In this document: piece after piece, positions 14,840-27,413 of the stretch | Position numbering within the stretch: position 1 is the first letter of the stretch | Layout of the letters: each line of letters begins with the position of its first letter | Assembly (NCBI RefSeq): GCF_009914755.1 | Contig: NC_060946.1 | Source of the DNA: the human T2T-CHM13v2.0 reference genome, Homo sapiens | Strand: one strand, 5' to 3' | Length of the DNA stretch: 64,000 nucleotides | Translations under genes and position numbers: made by a program | The notes under the pieces: model-generated | What the model saw: only the letters and a program-made list of their open reading frames with translations | The model's database searches: none | Told to the model about the DNA's origin: nothing

Positions 14840-15667
14840 TGTGTTACTTGGGTTTTTCAAGAGAAACAGACCAACAGGATATACACATGATATATACATA
14901 GATAGATATCCATCATATATCAGTGGTCCCCAACCTTTTTGGCACCAGGGACAGGTTTTGTGGAAGAAAATTTTTCTGCAGACCGGGGTGGGGGATGGTT
15001 TCGGGATGAAACCGTTCCATAAGGAGAGCACAACCTAGACCCCTCGCATGTACAGCTTACAATAGAGTTCATGCTTCGATGAGAATTGAACGCAGCTGCT
15101 GATCTGATGGGAGGCAGAGCTCAGGTGGTAATGCTTGCTTGCCCACAACTCACGTCCTGCTGTGCGGCCCGGCTCCTAACAGGCCACGGACTGGAGCTTA
15201 GGGATATATGATATATAGAGAGCTTCCTAGAATGAGATGAGTGATAAGAAATTGACTCACAGACTCATGGAGGCTAAGAAATTCCATGATCTGCCATCGG
15301 CAAGCTGGAGACCCAGGAAAGCTGGTGGTATAGTTTGAAGGCCTGAGATCCGGAGGGCTGATGGTGTGGATTCCAGTCTAAATCTGAAGGCCTGAGAACC
15401 AGAAGCACTGAGGGCAAGAGGACATGGATGTCCCAGCTCAGTCAGGCAGAGAGAATTCAACCCTTTTCTACCTTTTTGTCCTATTTAAGTTCTCAGTGGA
15501 TTGGCCTTCGCCCACACACATTGGAGAGGGCCACCTGCTTTACTCAGTCCCCCAATGCCAGTGCAAATCTTGTCCAGGAACACTCTCAAACACCCAGAAA
15601 TCATGTCTAACTGCCATCCGGGCACCCTGTGGCCCAGTCAAGTTGGCACACAAAGTCAACCATCACA
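14840..15667 (-). mobile_element. MLT2 (B/C-like) ERVL solo LTR
   Basis: TG...CA termini; ends cccagtcaagttggcacacaaagtcaaccatcaca; 5-bp TSD tatcc/tagcc. Confidence 0.88.
14921..15195 (+). mobile_element. MER1B hAT-Charlie DNA element
   Basis: cagtggtccccaacctttttggcaccagggac...gctcctaacaggccacggac. Confidence 0.85.
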
Positions 15668-15954
15668 TAGCCAAAAGAATGAAAAACAGTCTCAAGAAAT
15701 ATTTGCACATCATGTTCATAGCAGCATTATTCACTATAACCCAAAGATGGAAGCAAGCCAGGTGTCCATTGACAAGATGAACAGATAACCAAGATCTGGT
15801 CCATCCATCCAGTGGAATGTCACTCAGCCTCAGAAAGGAAGGAAAATCTGACACATGCGACAAAACGGATGAAACCTGAAGACATCATGCTAAGTGAAGT
15901 AAAGCAGTCACAAAAAGACAATTATTGTAGTATTCCACACACATGAGAAACCTA

Positions 15955-16344
<390 letters not shown>

Positions 16345-17682
16345 TTAATGGGGACAGAGTTTCCGTTTGAGACGATGAAAAGATTATGGAGATGGATGGT
16401 GGCGATGGTTGCACAATCACGCGAATTTTATTAATGCCACTGACCTGTACACTTAAAAATGGCTACGATGGTAAGTTTTATGTTATGTGTATTTTGCCAC
16501 AATTTTTAAAAGTTTCCAGGTGATTTTGACGTGGTACATGGAGGCACAGTCCATAGACTGTCATAGTCCTGGCTACTGAGGTGTTGGAAGGTGATCCTGC
16601 TTTTCTGCTTCCTGAGGGAGGTGCTTGTTCAGTTCTTCTTGAAGCCTGTGAATTCTTCCAACACCTTCAGTGGCTCCACCCCAGCCGTTACATTCTTTTT
16701 CTTTATTTCCCCTCCCCTCCCCTTCTCTCCCTTCTCCCCTCCTACCTCTTTCCTTTTCCTTTTTCTCCCTTCTGCTCAAACTAGCTTAGTTCTATTTCTG
16801 TGACTTGTGGCCAAAGCCCCTTCACTGTTGCTCTCACCTCCTGGGTAGGCAGCTCCCTGGGAGTGTGGGCTGGGAGTTAGTCTTCCCCCCTGCCTGGCGC
16901 ACAGGCCGTGGGCCCGGAGGGACAGCTCGGGGAGTGTGTGTTGACCACATCTGGCCTTCCTCTGGCGTGACTCAGCCTGGAGTCAGCACGTTATCTGTTC
17001 AGGGAAATGTGCCTTTGATTCTGTTCCTCGGTGCTTATAATTTCATTATTATTTCCGCAATGACATCCCATTGGTCCTCAGTTCCTCAGTTGGTCCTCAA
17101 TTCATTCTGACTCATTTCACTTGAGTCATGGCTTAATTAAGTTGTTCTGTAGCACACAACGGCCAGGGGACTTTCCTTCTTTCCATGAGTGACTATTTTT
17201 CTCTAGGTTGGGATCGTTCTCTTTTCCATTCATTACTTCTTTTCTCTTGTATAGCATATTTGCCTAGTTGTGCTTTTATTGTTTTCATATTGTTTATGCC
17301 TGCACCATTCTGACAGGTAACTTCTTGATCTCTTCCCAACAATTTGTGACCAGGCTATTTTGGGCCCGAGCTTAGGTGAGGAGCTGAGATATCTTATGTT
17401 GTCTCTACTTTTCTGCAGCCCGAAGGAACGTCTCTGGGTGGAGAATGAGGAAGTCTCTCTTCCCTGAGATTTCATCAGAAGTCCTGCTTTAGGGTACCCT
17501 TCTCCAGGGTTGAGAGTATGGGTACTGCTCAGTAGGAGATTCCCCTGGGATCTTGACTGCTCCTGTAATTCAGAGTATTGTCTTAGAGACTTTGCTTCCA
17601 TCAGATGGATTCTGCCGATGCTTCAGGTTCCCTGGTTCACCCGCTTCTCTGAGCATCAGTCTCCGTTGTTTTGTTGTGAGAC

Positions 17683-17765
17683 AGAAGAAGGAGAAGGAGG
17701 AGGAAGAGAAGGATGAGGAGGAAAGGAGGAGGAAGAGGAGCAGAAGGAGGAAGGGGAGGGGCAGA
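17683..17765. repeat. GA-rich low-complexity tract
   Basis: agaagaaggagaaggaggaggaagagaagg...; almost pure purine. Confidence 0.85.
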
Positions 17766-18308
17766 ACAACCATCACCATGGCCATCCCCCGCCAGAGCAC
17801 CCACCCCACTTGCTTTCTTCTCCTCTTGGTGTCTGTGAGAAAGCCCAGGATTTTGTCACCTCCCAGCCCAGTCTCTGGGACGAGGAGCCTCGGTGGCATG
17901 GGTACTCCAGGATCTTCTGAGTCTTTCTTTGATCTTCATTTGGTGTGGTTTACGGCTTTAGGATAAAACCCTTCCCTTTTTTTGGTTGCTGGGGGTGATG
18001 GGGGGTGAAATGGCGGTGGGGAGGTTTTTTGCAGCCTTTTACTAGAGTTTCTCACGTGGTTGGTGTTTGCGGCCAAGAACTTCCACAGGGACAGTTCAGT
18101 CGGCTGCCTCACTGGGGACTTCCATCCTGGCAGTGCCTGGGCTCCTCAGGAAGACAGTGGTCAGTTGAGTCCTTGCCAAGCCAGGCTGGCTTCGAGGAGG
18201 AGTGATTGAGGCGATTGTTTTCAGTGGCTTTGCGACAAGGTAAGCAGCCTGTTCTCAAAAGGGAGGGTGTGCTGAGGCTGCTGAGGCTGCTGGGAGTACT
18301 TAAGAGTT

Positions 18309-18534
18309 TGTGTGTGCATCTGTGCATATGGGTGTATGCACGTGTGTGCATTGTGTGTGCATGTGTGTCTGCACATGTGTGCATTGTGTGTGCATGTGTG
18401 CCTTGTGTGTTCATGTGTGTATGCACTGTGCATGTGTGTGTGCACGCTTGTGTGCATGCACGTGCATGACTGTGTGCATTGTGCATGTGTATTCGTGTGC
18501 GTGCATGCATGTGTGGGTGCGTGTGCTTGTGTGC
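18309..18534. repeat. Degenerate (TG)n/(CATG)n simple repeat
   Basis: tgtgtgtgcatctgtgcatatgggtgtatgcacgtgtgtgc... over ~225 bp. Confidence 0.9.
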
Positions 18535-19578
18535 TAGAAAGGTTGTCAGAGTGCACTACTGAGCACTTTCAAGCAGGTTCTTGGAGGGCAGCACCAGCCA
18601 GTTCTCGGCTGCCCTGTTTCCTCCTTCTATTGCCCCTGCTCCCAGCACAGCTCAGGAACGGGGGCTCTCTGGAGCAGCTTACTCACCTGCTGGGTGGTCT
18701 TCCTGCTCTGATATGTTTACCTTGCTTTTCTCCCTTCCATCCCCTCCTTTTCTCCCTCTTCTTCCCCAAACATCAGACTGACGGGCAGAGATCCATAATA
18801 ATAAACTCTCAGGAATATGGCCTGGTCCCGATGTTGGCAGCTGGCTGACTTCCCCGGACTCTGGCTTTACATGGGTTGGGGAAGGGCGAGCCCCTGGAAA
18901 TGCAGAGATGGTGGCCACTGAAGTGAAGGCCCCCTGGGTCATCCCTGGACCTCCTCCAGGCATTTGTAAAGACTCCAGACCACTGTGGCTTTCAGGGCCC
19001 TTGTTACTTCCTTAGACTTCAGTGTTAAAATCTTTCACTTCCAAGAAGCTGAGTAAGCCCTGACTTGACTTATTTAGTTGGCTAATCTATGTTAAAGCCA
19101 CCAGAAATGATTTATCGATTTGTTTAAAAGAGAAATCCCAGAAGGAAGATAACTTTCACATTTTTTTCGGCAGATCCCACATTCAGCCTGATAATGCAGA
19201 CTCTTTCAAGGTAAGATTTGAAAATAAGAATTTAATACTAGAGCCAAACCTTCATTAAGTTTGAGGAATAAAAGCTACTTCATGTAAGTTTCAGTGAGAC
19301 TAGCACCTTTGTGCCTGCACCCCCATCTGCATCTTGGAGGCCGGGCAGGTCCCAGCCCAGGACTGGGGACAGAGACCCAGAGTAGAAACCCACAGAGACC
19401 CTCAGGTCTGGGAGCATAAGGCTGGCCGGCTCCCAGTGACAAGTGTGCTCCGTCATGGCTGTTCATTAAGCACCATGGAAGCCGGGGGAGGGAGAGTGAG
19501 CTCAACCTGGGGACTGGGGGCAGCTTCTGCAGGGAGTGACGCTTGACCCAGTCCTGAAATGCACATGGGTACTGGAGT

Positions 19579-20080
19579 TGTGTTAGTCAGGGTTCTCAGA
19601 GAGACAACCAATGGAATATGTGTAAGTATACATAGATAAGTACATATGTGTATGCCACATATACATAGACACATACGCATACACACACACACACACACGC
19701 TCCATTCCAGCCCGGCTCTCTCTCTTTATATGTATTTATGTTAAGCGATTGGCTCATTTGATTGTGGAGACTGGCCCGTTTGAACTCTGCAGAGCAGGCG
19801 GGCAGGCTGGAGATGCGGGAAAAGCTGATGCTGTGGCCCTGAGTCTGAAGGCAGGGTGCTGGCCAAACTCGCCCTTCCTCAGATGTCAGCCTTGGTCCTG
19901 TGCAGGCCTGCACCTGCTTGGTTGAGGCCACATCAAGAGTGTCATCAGCTTTACTCAAAGTCCACTGATTTTAATGTTGATCTCATCCAAAAAACACCAT
20001 CACAGAAACATCTAGGATGGTGTTTGACCAAACTGGGCATCAGAGGCCACGGCTAAGTTGACACATAAAACTAACTGCCC
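19579..20080 (-). mobile_element. MLT2 (C/D-like) solo LTR with an internal (CA)n tract
   Basis: tgtgttagtcagggttctcagagagac...aagttgacacataaaactaac. Confidence 0.85.
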
Positions 20081-21503
20081 TGAATGGTAACTGGGAGAGT
20101 TTTTGGGACGGGGGTCCGGGCCACATGAGTGTGTTTGTGGGTGAAGGGGCAGAGTCCAGGGAGGGAGCAGAGAAGCGAGAGTCAGGAGGCCTGATTCCAG
20201 CCCTGGCTCTGACCCTGGTGGAGGAGAGGGAAGCCAAGGCAGGTCTACAGAGGCCACGGAGAGGGCCATGGCAGTGGCGTTGGTGATGCCCCAAGAGGAA
20301 GGGCAGGCAGGGCTGCCGGATGGTGGGGTGCTCAAGGAGGGGCTCCTGGAGGCTGGGGCGCCAGGCATCGTGGGAGGGCTGGGTGGCATGTGGATGGGCT
20401 TGGGAGTGGGTGGGAGTCTAGGGTTCCATGGGGAAGGGATGACAGAGCCGCTCCCTCATCTTCTGGGTGCCCTGGCACCGTTCTCTCTCTCCTAGTGCCT
20501 GTCCATGCCCTGCCCCACTGCAGTTATTTCTGAGAGTACAGGAGCCCCTCCCCTGGCAGCTGGACTAGAGCAGATCGAGTTCCAGTCTCAGCAAGCCAGC
20601 AGGTGTCTGGCACACAAAAGGGGCTTGGGGGCTATTTGCCAATGAATGAGCAATTAAGTAACTAGGTCAATGGATCACTGGGTCTACTGACTCCCTGGTT
20701 CGGGACCCTTTCCATGGGTCGGACTCCGATGGGCCTGGTGTGACTGTGCACTGAGCACTGGAATGGGAAGCCTTTGTGAGCCTGACTGCTGGTGCCCTGG
20801 TGATGTTCCTGCCTAGTAGATGACATCGAGTATTTAATAATCTGTCCCTGTTTTGTTTTTCAATGGCGATAAGGCTGCAGTGAACACCCTTGAATATTAA
20901 TCTTGATGCACTTCTCTGATTATGTTCTTAAAATAGAATCCCAGACACATGTAAACAGGATTAAATGTTTTCCTAAGGGATCAAGTTAGGATTTTGGCAG
21001 TGTTTGGTAGTGTTGTGGCTAAGAACCGAGGCATGCCTACAGTTCTGCCTGGTCCATCACTCCTCCATTCTGCGGAGATAACTCAGGAGCTCCAGCCAAA
21101 CAGGAAATGTCTTAAAATAGCTGGCCAGTGCCTGATGTACCAGTGCTAGAGCTCAGGCAGAGCTCTCTGTCCCTCTTCAGTCACTGTTTGGATCTTAGGG
21201 TCTTACCACCCACGGTCTGGCTGCTGGATAGATGAACTAGAGGCAGTGGCCTGCATGCTGCAGGCATGTGTTGGGTGTGGACTTGTTGGTTATAAACTGG
21301 GCTAAAGAGGTGACTTCTTAGACACAGCCACTCTAGGGCACGGAGGAAGAGGGGATGGGAGATAAAGAAGATGGCCAGCCTGACCCTGGGGCCAGCGTGG
21401 GCTCTGCTTTCTTTTCTATGCCTGGAGAAGAAGAAGGAGAGGCAGAGCCAGCATAGGTAAATGTTTTTTAGAAGCAGTGACTTTCCCCACTAGTAATTCC
21501 ACA

Positions 21504-22018
21504 TGAATCAGTTTGCTTTTTCAGGGTTGCAAACTACCCCAGAACTCGGTGGCTTAAAACAACACCCAGATGTTTAGTTCATGACAGGAAGGGCCAGCAA
21601 TTTGTGCTGGGCTCAGCTGGGAGGTTCTTCTGGCCTTGATGGGACTCCCTCATGTATTTGTGGCTGGCCTTAGGTCAGCTAGGCAGCTCTGCTTCTGGAG
21701 GTTGGCTGGCTGTCAGCAGGAGCAGGCAGTGACTCCTCATGCAACAGGCTGGCCTGGCTTTGTTTGTCTGATGCTGGGCAGGTTTCCAGGAGAACACATG
21801 ATCTTTTGAGGCCTAGGCTCAGGCAGGCACACGTTCATGCCATTTCTACCACATTCTGTTTGGTCAAAGCAAATCATAAGTCCAGCCCAGATTTAAGGGG
21901 TGGGGAAGTAGACTCCACTTCCTGTTGAGAGGAGCTGCAGCTGCCAAGTGACATTGCAAAGGAGCAGGGATACAGGAAGGGGAATAATTGTGGCTCTTTT
22001 TGTAGATGGTCTACCATA
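21504..22018 (-). mobile_element. MLT1 (F/H-like) solo LTR
   Basis: aaactaccccagaactcggtggcttaaaacaac...tgggctcagctggg...ggtcaaagcaaatcataagtccagcccagatt. Confidence 0.8.
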
Positions 22019-22537
22019 TGGCCTAATATATGGCTTTGAATCTGAGCAGTCAGACTAGCAACTTGTTCTTCTCTGTGAGATGAAAGATATTAAAAAGGGC
22101 AGCCCATGCAAGAGACTGGCGGGCACTGTTTCTACCCCTTCCTATAAAATATTCTGGACATTTTTTCTATGAGGAAAGGGGGAACTGTCCTGAAGTCTTT
22201 CTGTGCTTGCCTGCTAGTCCTCTCCATGGCACTATCTTTCCACAGGCCCTGCAGAGAAGCTCCTTTCCTCATCAGCACCAATTCTAAAATAAATCAGAGT
22301 CACTTAGAAGCCAAGCTGGAAGCACATTCAACCTGCTGGGACCCACCACCCGGGAGCGAGGCTCTTAAATCAATTTGGAAATTGTTTCCATGTAATATGA
22401 ATGGACTTGGTAAGGGAATAGAAATCCCTGCCAAATCCCTACCTTGAATAGGATGAAAAATTAGATTAATCTGAAAAAAGCAGTCAGCAGGCAGTTACTT
22501 ACCCTGTTTTAGAGATCTGGGAGGACTGGGAAAATTG

Positions 22538-22750
22538 CGGCATGGTGTAGCAGAAAGAGCAGGTCTTTAGAGTTAAACAGACTGGGCTTTGCGTCCTGGG
22601 TCTGCCACTTAACAGTTGTGAACTTTAAGTGCCTCATCCTGCCTGAACCTCTGTTTCCTTAATTCCGGGGTAGGGATGACAACGCCTGCCTTGCTGGACT
22701 GCTGGGAGCATTAGTGACAGCAGATGTGAAGCATCTCACGCAGAGTGGGG
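22538..22750 (+). mobile_element. MIR (MIRb-like)
   Basis: ggcatggtgtagcagaaagagc...agagttaaacagactgggc...ctgaacctctgtttcctt. Confidence 0.75.
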
Positions 22751-23369
22751 ATGGATAAACAGCGGCTACAGGCACCTACCTCCTGGAAAAGGGCTGCTGT
22801 CATATTTGAGGCACTCTCAGGGCCCCTGGGCCAGCTTTTCCAGGGACAAGGGGCATTCCCATGGGTGTTGCACATCGACCTTTGGTCTCATGTAAAACTC
22901 ATCTTATTCATAGATACAGAGTGTACAGATATTTGGGTGACCTGCTTTATTTTACTTAATGCCGTAGGTATTTTCCACATTGCCAGAGCCTGCATAATTA
23001 AAATGTGTGATCGTTGTGAACAGTAAGATGTACATGTCAGGCCATTTTTTTGATATTTAGGTTGTTTCTGGTTGTTTATTGGTAGAGACAATGTTACAGT
23101 GGGGCAATGGAGCCCCCCCTCCTCCAGTATTTTAGGTTATGATTATTTTTTATCCTATTTCCAGAAGTGGGATGAAGATCCCCCCAGTTCTTGACTTATT
23201 TGTCCACATTGCTCTTCAGATGTCTGTACCATTAATACTGTCACCAACAACATATGACTGCATCGATTGTTATCAAACTCTTGCCAGAATTAAGAATCAC
23301 TTCTCAATATTTTTAAAGGGGATATAAAATGTGGCTACATTATTCTTTTTTAGAAAGTGTGGTTCCTCT

Positions 23370-24400
23370 GTGATGTGTCAGAGTGGTCGGTGGACTGTAC
23401 TTCCCAGGATTCCCTCTGTGTGTTTCTGCCTCTTGTGGCCACGGGAGGGGTTCCTGTGTGGGCCTCAGAGGGCAGAAGTGAAGCCACAGCCCTCGGCCAC
23501 ACACGTGTGTTGTCCTCAGTTCCTGGCCTGTCTCAGGGGCGTGAGGCAGGGCCGGGCCTCAAATTGCAACTTGTTCCCCTGGATCCTCCTACTTCTAGGT
23601 AGGGAGTGTGCATTTAAGTCCATGAGGAGGAGCTGGCTTCGAGGACACACAACACCTCAAGGCCAGATGGACAGGGGTTTGTCCATCCTCGTGGGCTCCG
23701 TTCATCCTGGGGCTCCAGCCTGTTCTTGCTTTCCCACCTGGCAGCCATCTTCCTGGCCCCACGGACAGCCCTGTGGACTTTAAGCTCCAGTGCCAGATGG
23801 AAAGACAACAGCCTTGGGAGACTGCTTAACAAGCTCCCCAAAGTGAGTGAGGTTAAACCCCTGTAACACATTTATCTCCACCTTCATCTCCACCTTCATC
23901 TCCATTATCTCCACCTCCATCATCTCCATCTCCATCACTTTCACCACCTGCGTTATCTCCATCATCTTCATCATCTCTATCTCCGTCACCTTAATCATCA
24001 TCTTTTTTTATCTCCATCTCTATCACCTCCATCATCTTCATCATCTCCATCATTTCCATCACCATCTCCATTATCTTCATCACCTCCATTTCTATTGCCT
24101 CCATCACTTCCACCTTCATTACCTCTGCCATTTCCTCCATCATCATCATCTCTATCACCTCCGTCACCATCTCCATCATCTCCTTCTTTATCTCCATCAC
24201 TATCACCTTCATCACCTCAATCATCTTCATCACCTCCATTTCTATCACCTCCATCCCTCTATCCTCATCTTCATCTCCATCTCCATTATCTTCATCACCA
24301 TCTCTATCACCTCCATCATGTCCATCACAATCTCTAGCACCTCCATCTCTGTATTTATTTATACCGGTTGTTTCTACTCTGATTGAACCTTCACTGATAT
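23370..24400 (+). mobile_element. Probable old ERVL LTR (LTR40-like) containing a simple-repeat expansion
   Basis: LTR-like 3' end tttctactctgattgaaccttcactgata at ~24370-24400; family assignment tentative. Confidence 0.4.
23872..24349. repeat. (CATCTC/CATCAC)n degenerate simple repeat, ~480 bp
   Basis: Nearly G-free + strand built from catctc/catcac/catctt units; produces spurious His/Ile-rich and Met/Glu-rich ORFs. Confidence 0.92.
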
Positions 24401-24499
24401 GAGTATCACTTATTTGTGATTAGCTAATACATAGAAAACCAAATAATGCATACAGAGAAGGGAGGCCGTCCTGACCAGCCCTGACCCGTTTTCCTCCTC

Positions 24500-24925
24500 A
24501 GAAGCAACTCTACTTGCAGTTTCTTATGGATCTTGGAAAGTGAACCCTGCACAAACAAGCTTATTTATACATGGTTAATTTTAGCTTTTACACAAGTAAA
24601 TGCTTTTCCTAAGAATGGTAACATGTACATACTGTTTTGCTTTATTCACTTGACAATATATCTTAGAAATGGGACCATAGCTGACATACAGAACTGCCTC
24701 ATTGTTTTCAGTGCATGCCTAGCATTCCATTATATGCATGCATCGTAACTGACTTTGCCAGTCCTATATTAATGGACATTTATGGTATTTCCAATCTTTT
24801 AATATGGCAAACAGTGCTATGAATATTCTGGTGCACATGTCATTTTGCACATGTGCTAAATACCTGTCAGATAAATTCCTATTCCTGGCTGTGTAATTCC
24901 TGGGTACAAGGGTAAATCTGATGGA
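24500..24925 (-). mobile_element. Ancient L1ME-like 3' fragment
   Basis: aatggacatttatggtatttccaatc...aaacagtgctatgaatattctggtgcac...agataaattcct. Confidence 0.65.
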
Positions 24926-24979
24926 TGTCATTACGTACATGGATCGTACCTAGTAGCCCACTTTTCTAGATGATCTGTT

Positions 24980-25420
24980 ACGATCTTCTCTTCATTATTC
25001 CTTCTCCCTTTGCTGTGTCCTTCTGTATTGCAGGGGTCAGAGCCTGGAAACAATGTTCCTTCAATCCTTTGCCAGCAGGGATCTTCTTTAGTTTCTGCCA
25101 ATAAGGGCCACTGGTGTAAAATTTGGAAACCAGACAAAGAGAAGCTGACTTTTGGCAATGGCGTGAGACATGGGCATCAATAAAGGCTGGGTGAGCTCTG
25201 CCAGTGGCTTTCAGGCGTGAGTCATCTGTTCACACAGTTGAGATCTGCAGTGGCTGTCCCTGCAGTCTCCACTTCCTGGATTCCTGAATGCTTCCGAAGC
25301 TTCCCTGACCTTGACTCTCTCCCCAACAGCTTCGTAAGCCTGTAATCTCCTGCATTAATCTCCTCTCCATTGAAGGACCTGGAGGGTTTCCATTTTCCCA
25401 GGCAAACCCTGTCTGAGACG
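24980..25420 (+). mobile_element. Probable LTR33-like ERVL solo LTR
   Basis: cctttgccagcagg...tagtttctgccaataagggccactgg, and an LTR-like 3' end ...aaaccctgtctgagac. Confidence 0.5.
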
Positions 25421-25844
25421 TATCCCCACTAGCACTGCATAAGAGCTCCCAGGGCCCCACCTCCTCACCACACAGTGCTTGTCAACCCTTCGGTCAGTTG
25501 CGGAAGTGAACAATAGTATCTCGTTGTAGTTTTAGTTTCAGAATTGTGCGTGTAGAATTGATGTTTTGTTTGTATGTTTAACAGCCATTTGTATTTTCTT
25601 TTTTATAAACCAGGTTCGTATCCTTTGATTATTTTTCTGTTGTGTTATTGATGGGTGTTGTCACCTACATGGATCATACCTGTTAGCACACTTAAAAATT
25701 TTTTTAAAAAATATCTTTTTAAAAAATTAATAAGAAATAGCACTGTATGACATAAATGGCAAAACTTTTCTCTGGTTTTCAGTTTGTCTTTTGACTTACT
25801 TTATATGTACTTCTTGACATGAAGATTAAAACATTTTCATGTAA

Positions 25845-26163
<319 letters not shown>

Positions 26164-26692
26164 TGTTTTATGGATTCTGTGTTTTGAGCTGTACTTACCT
26201 TGGTGGGGCAGTTACCACTCGCAATTATTCCACGGGCTTCCCTCTGCTTCCCAGGCTCCCTTGGCAACCTGTGAGTCTTTAAATTCTATTTTTAGGCTTC
26301 TGTGTTCTTCTCATTTTTCTACCTTGATCCATCATGGCCTGAGAAAGATGAATTAAAATTTCCTACTCTAAAGTATCCCTGCTGCTTCTTGTATTTTCTG
26401 AACTTGAGCACTATCGAAGTTGATGTTACATTATGTTGTGCTACTATCTATAATTGCTAGATTTTGTGGATTGCACCCTTTATCATTCTAAAGTGACTTT
26501 TTGTTCTATAGAATGCCTTTTGTCCCAAAATACAGCCTGTCTGATATTGATTGTTGGCCCTGCATTTTAAAAATGCATTTGCCTTTCGTGCTTTTATCTT
26601 TAACCTCTCTGAGTCGCTTTGTTTTTGATATACCTCTGGGATACAGTTCACAATTGGCCTCTGCCTCCTGAATAAGTTTAACTCCTTAGTGA

Positions 26693-27046
<354 letters not shown>

Positions 27047-27261
27047 TATACTTTCTACTTTTAATTGTCCTTCAAGAACATCTTTCACTATAGATTCTGT
27101 GTATCCTTTACTTTGTTTCATCCGTTTGTTTATTTTTGTCATTTGGCAGGACTGGAAGTTTGCTTTAGTGCCCGTCTTCTAACTCTAACTTTATACACCC
27201 TACTCAATCCTCTACTGACTCCACACATTGAACAATGGCAGCGCAAGTCTATCTCAACTTC

Positions 27262-27413
27262 CTCAGACTGGCTTCCTTGCTCCTCAGCTTGCAGATGGCC
27301 TATTGTGGGACTTCATCTTGTGATCGTGTGAGTCAATATTGCTTAATAAACTCCCTTTCATATATACATCTATCCTGTTAGTCCTGTCCTTCTAGAGAAC
27401 GCTGACCAATACA
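27262..27413 (+). mobile_element. MLT2A1-like (HERV-L) LTR 3' fragment
   Basis: gactggcttccttgctcctcagcttgcagatggcctattgtgggac...aataaactcccttt...tctagagaacgctgaccaataca. Confidence 0.85.

Noticed and set aside
17553-17966. ORF with acidic and basic (NLS-like) runs
   Set aside because: It derives from the GA-rich low-complexity tract.
18109-18848. Cys/Val/His-rich ORFs
   Set aside because: They are products of the (TG)n/(CATG)n repeat.
23847-24386. His-rich and Met/Glu-rich ORFs
   Set aside because: They are products of the (CATCTC)n simple repeat.
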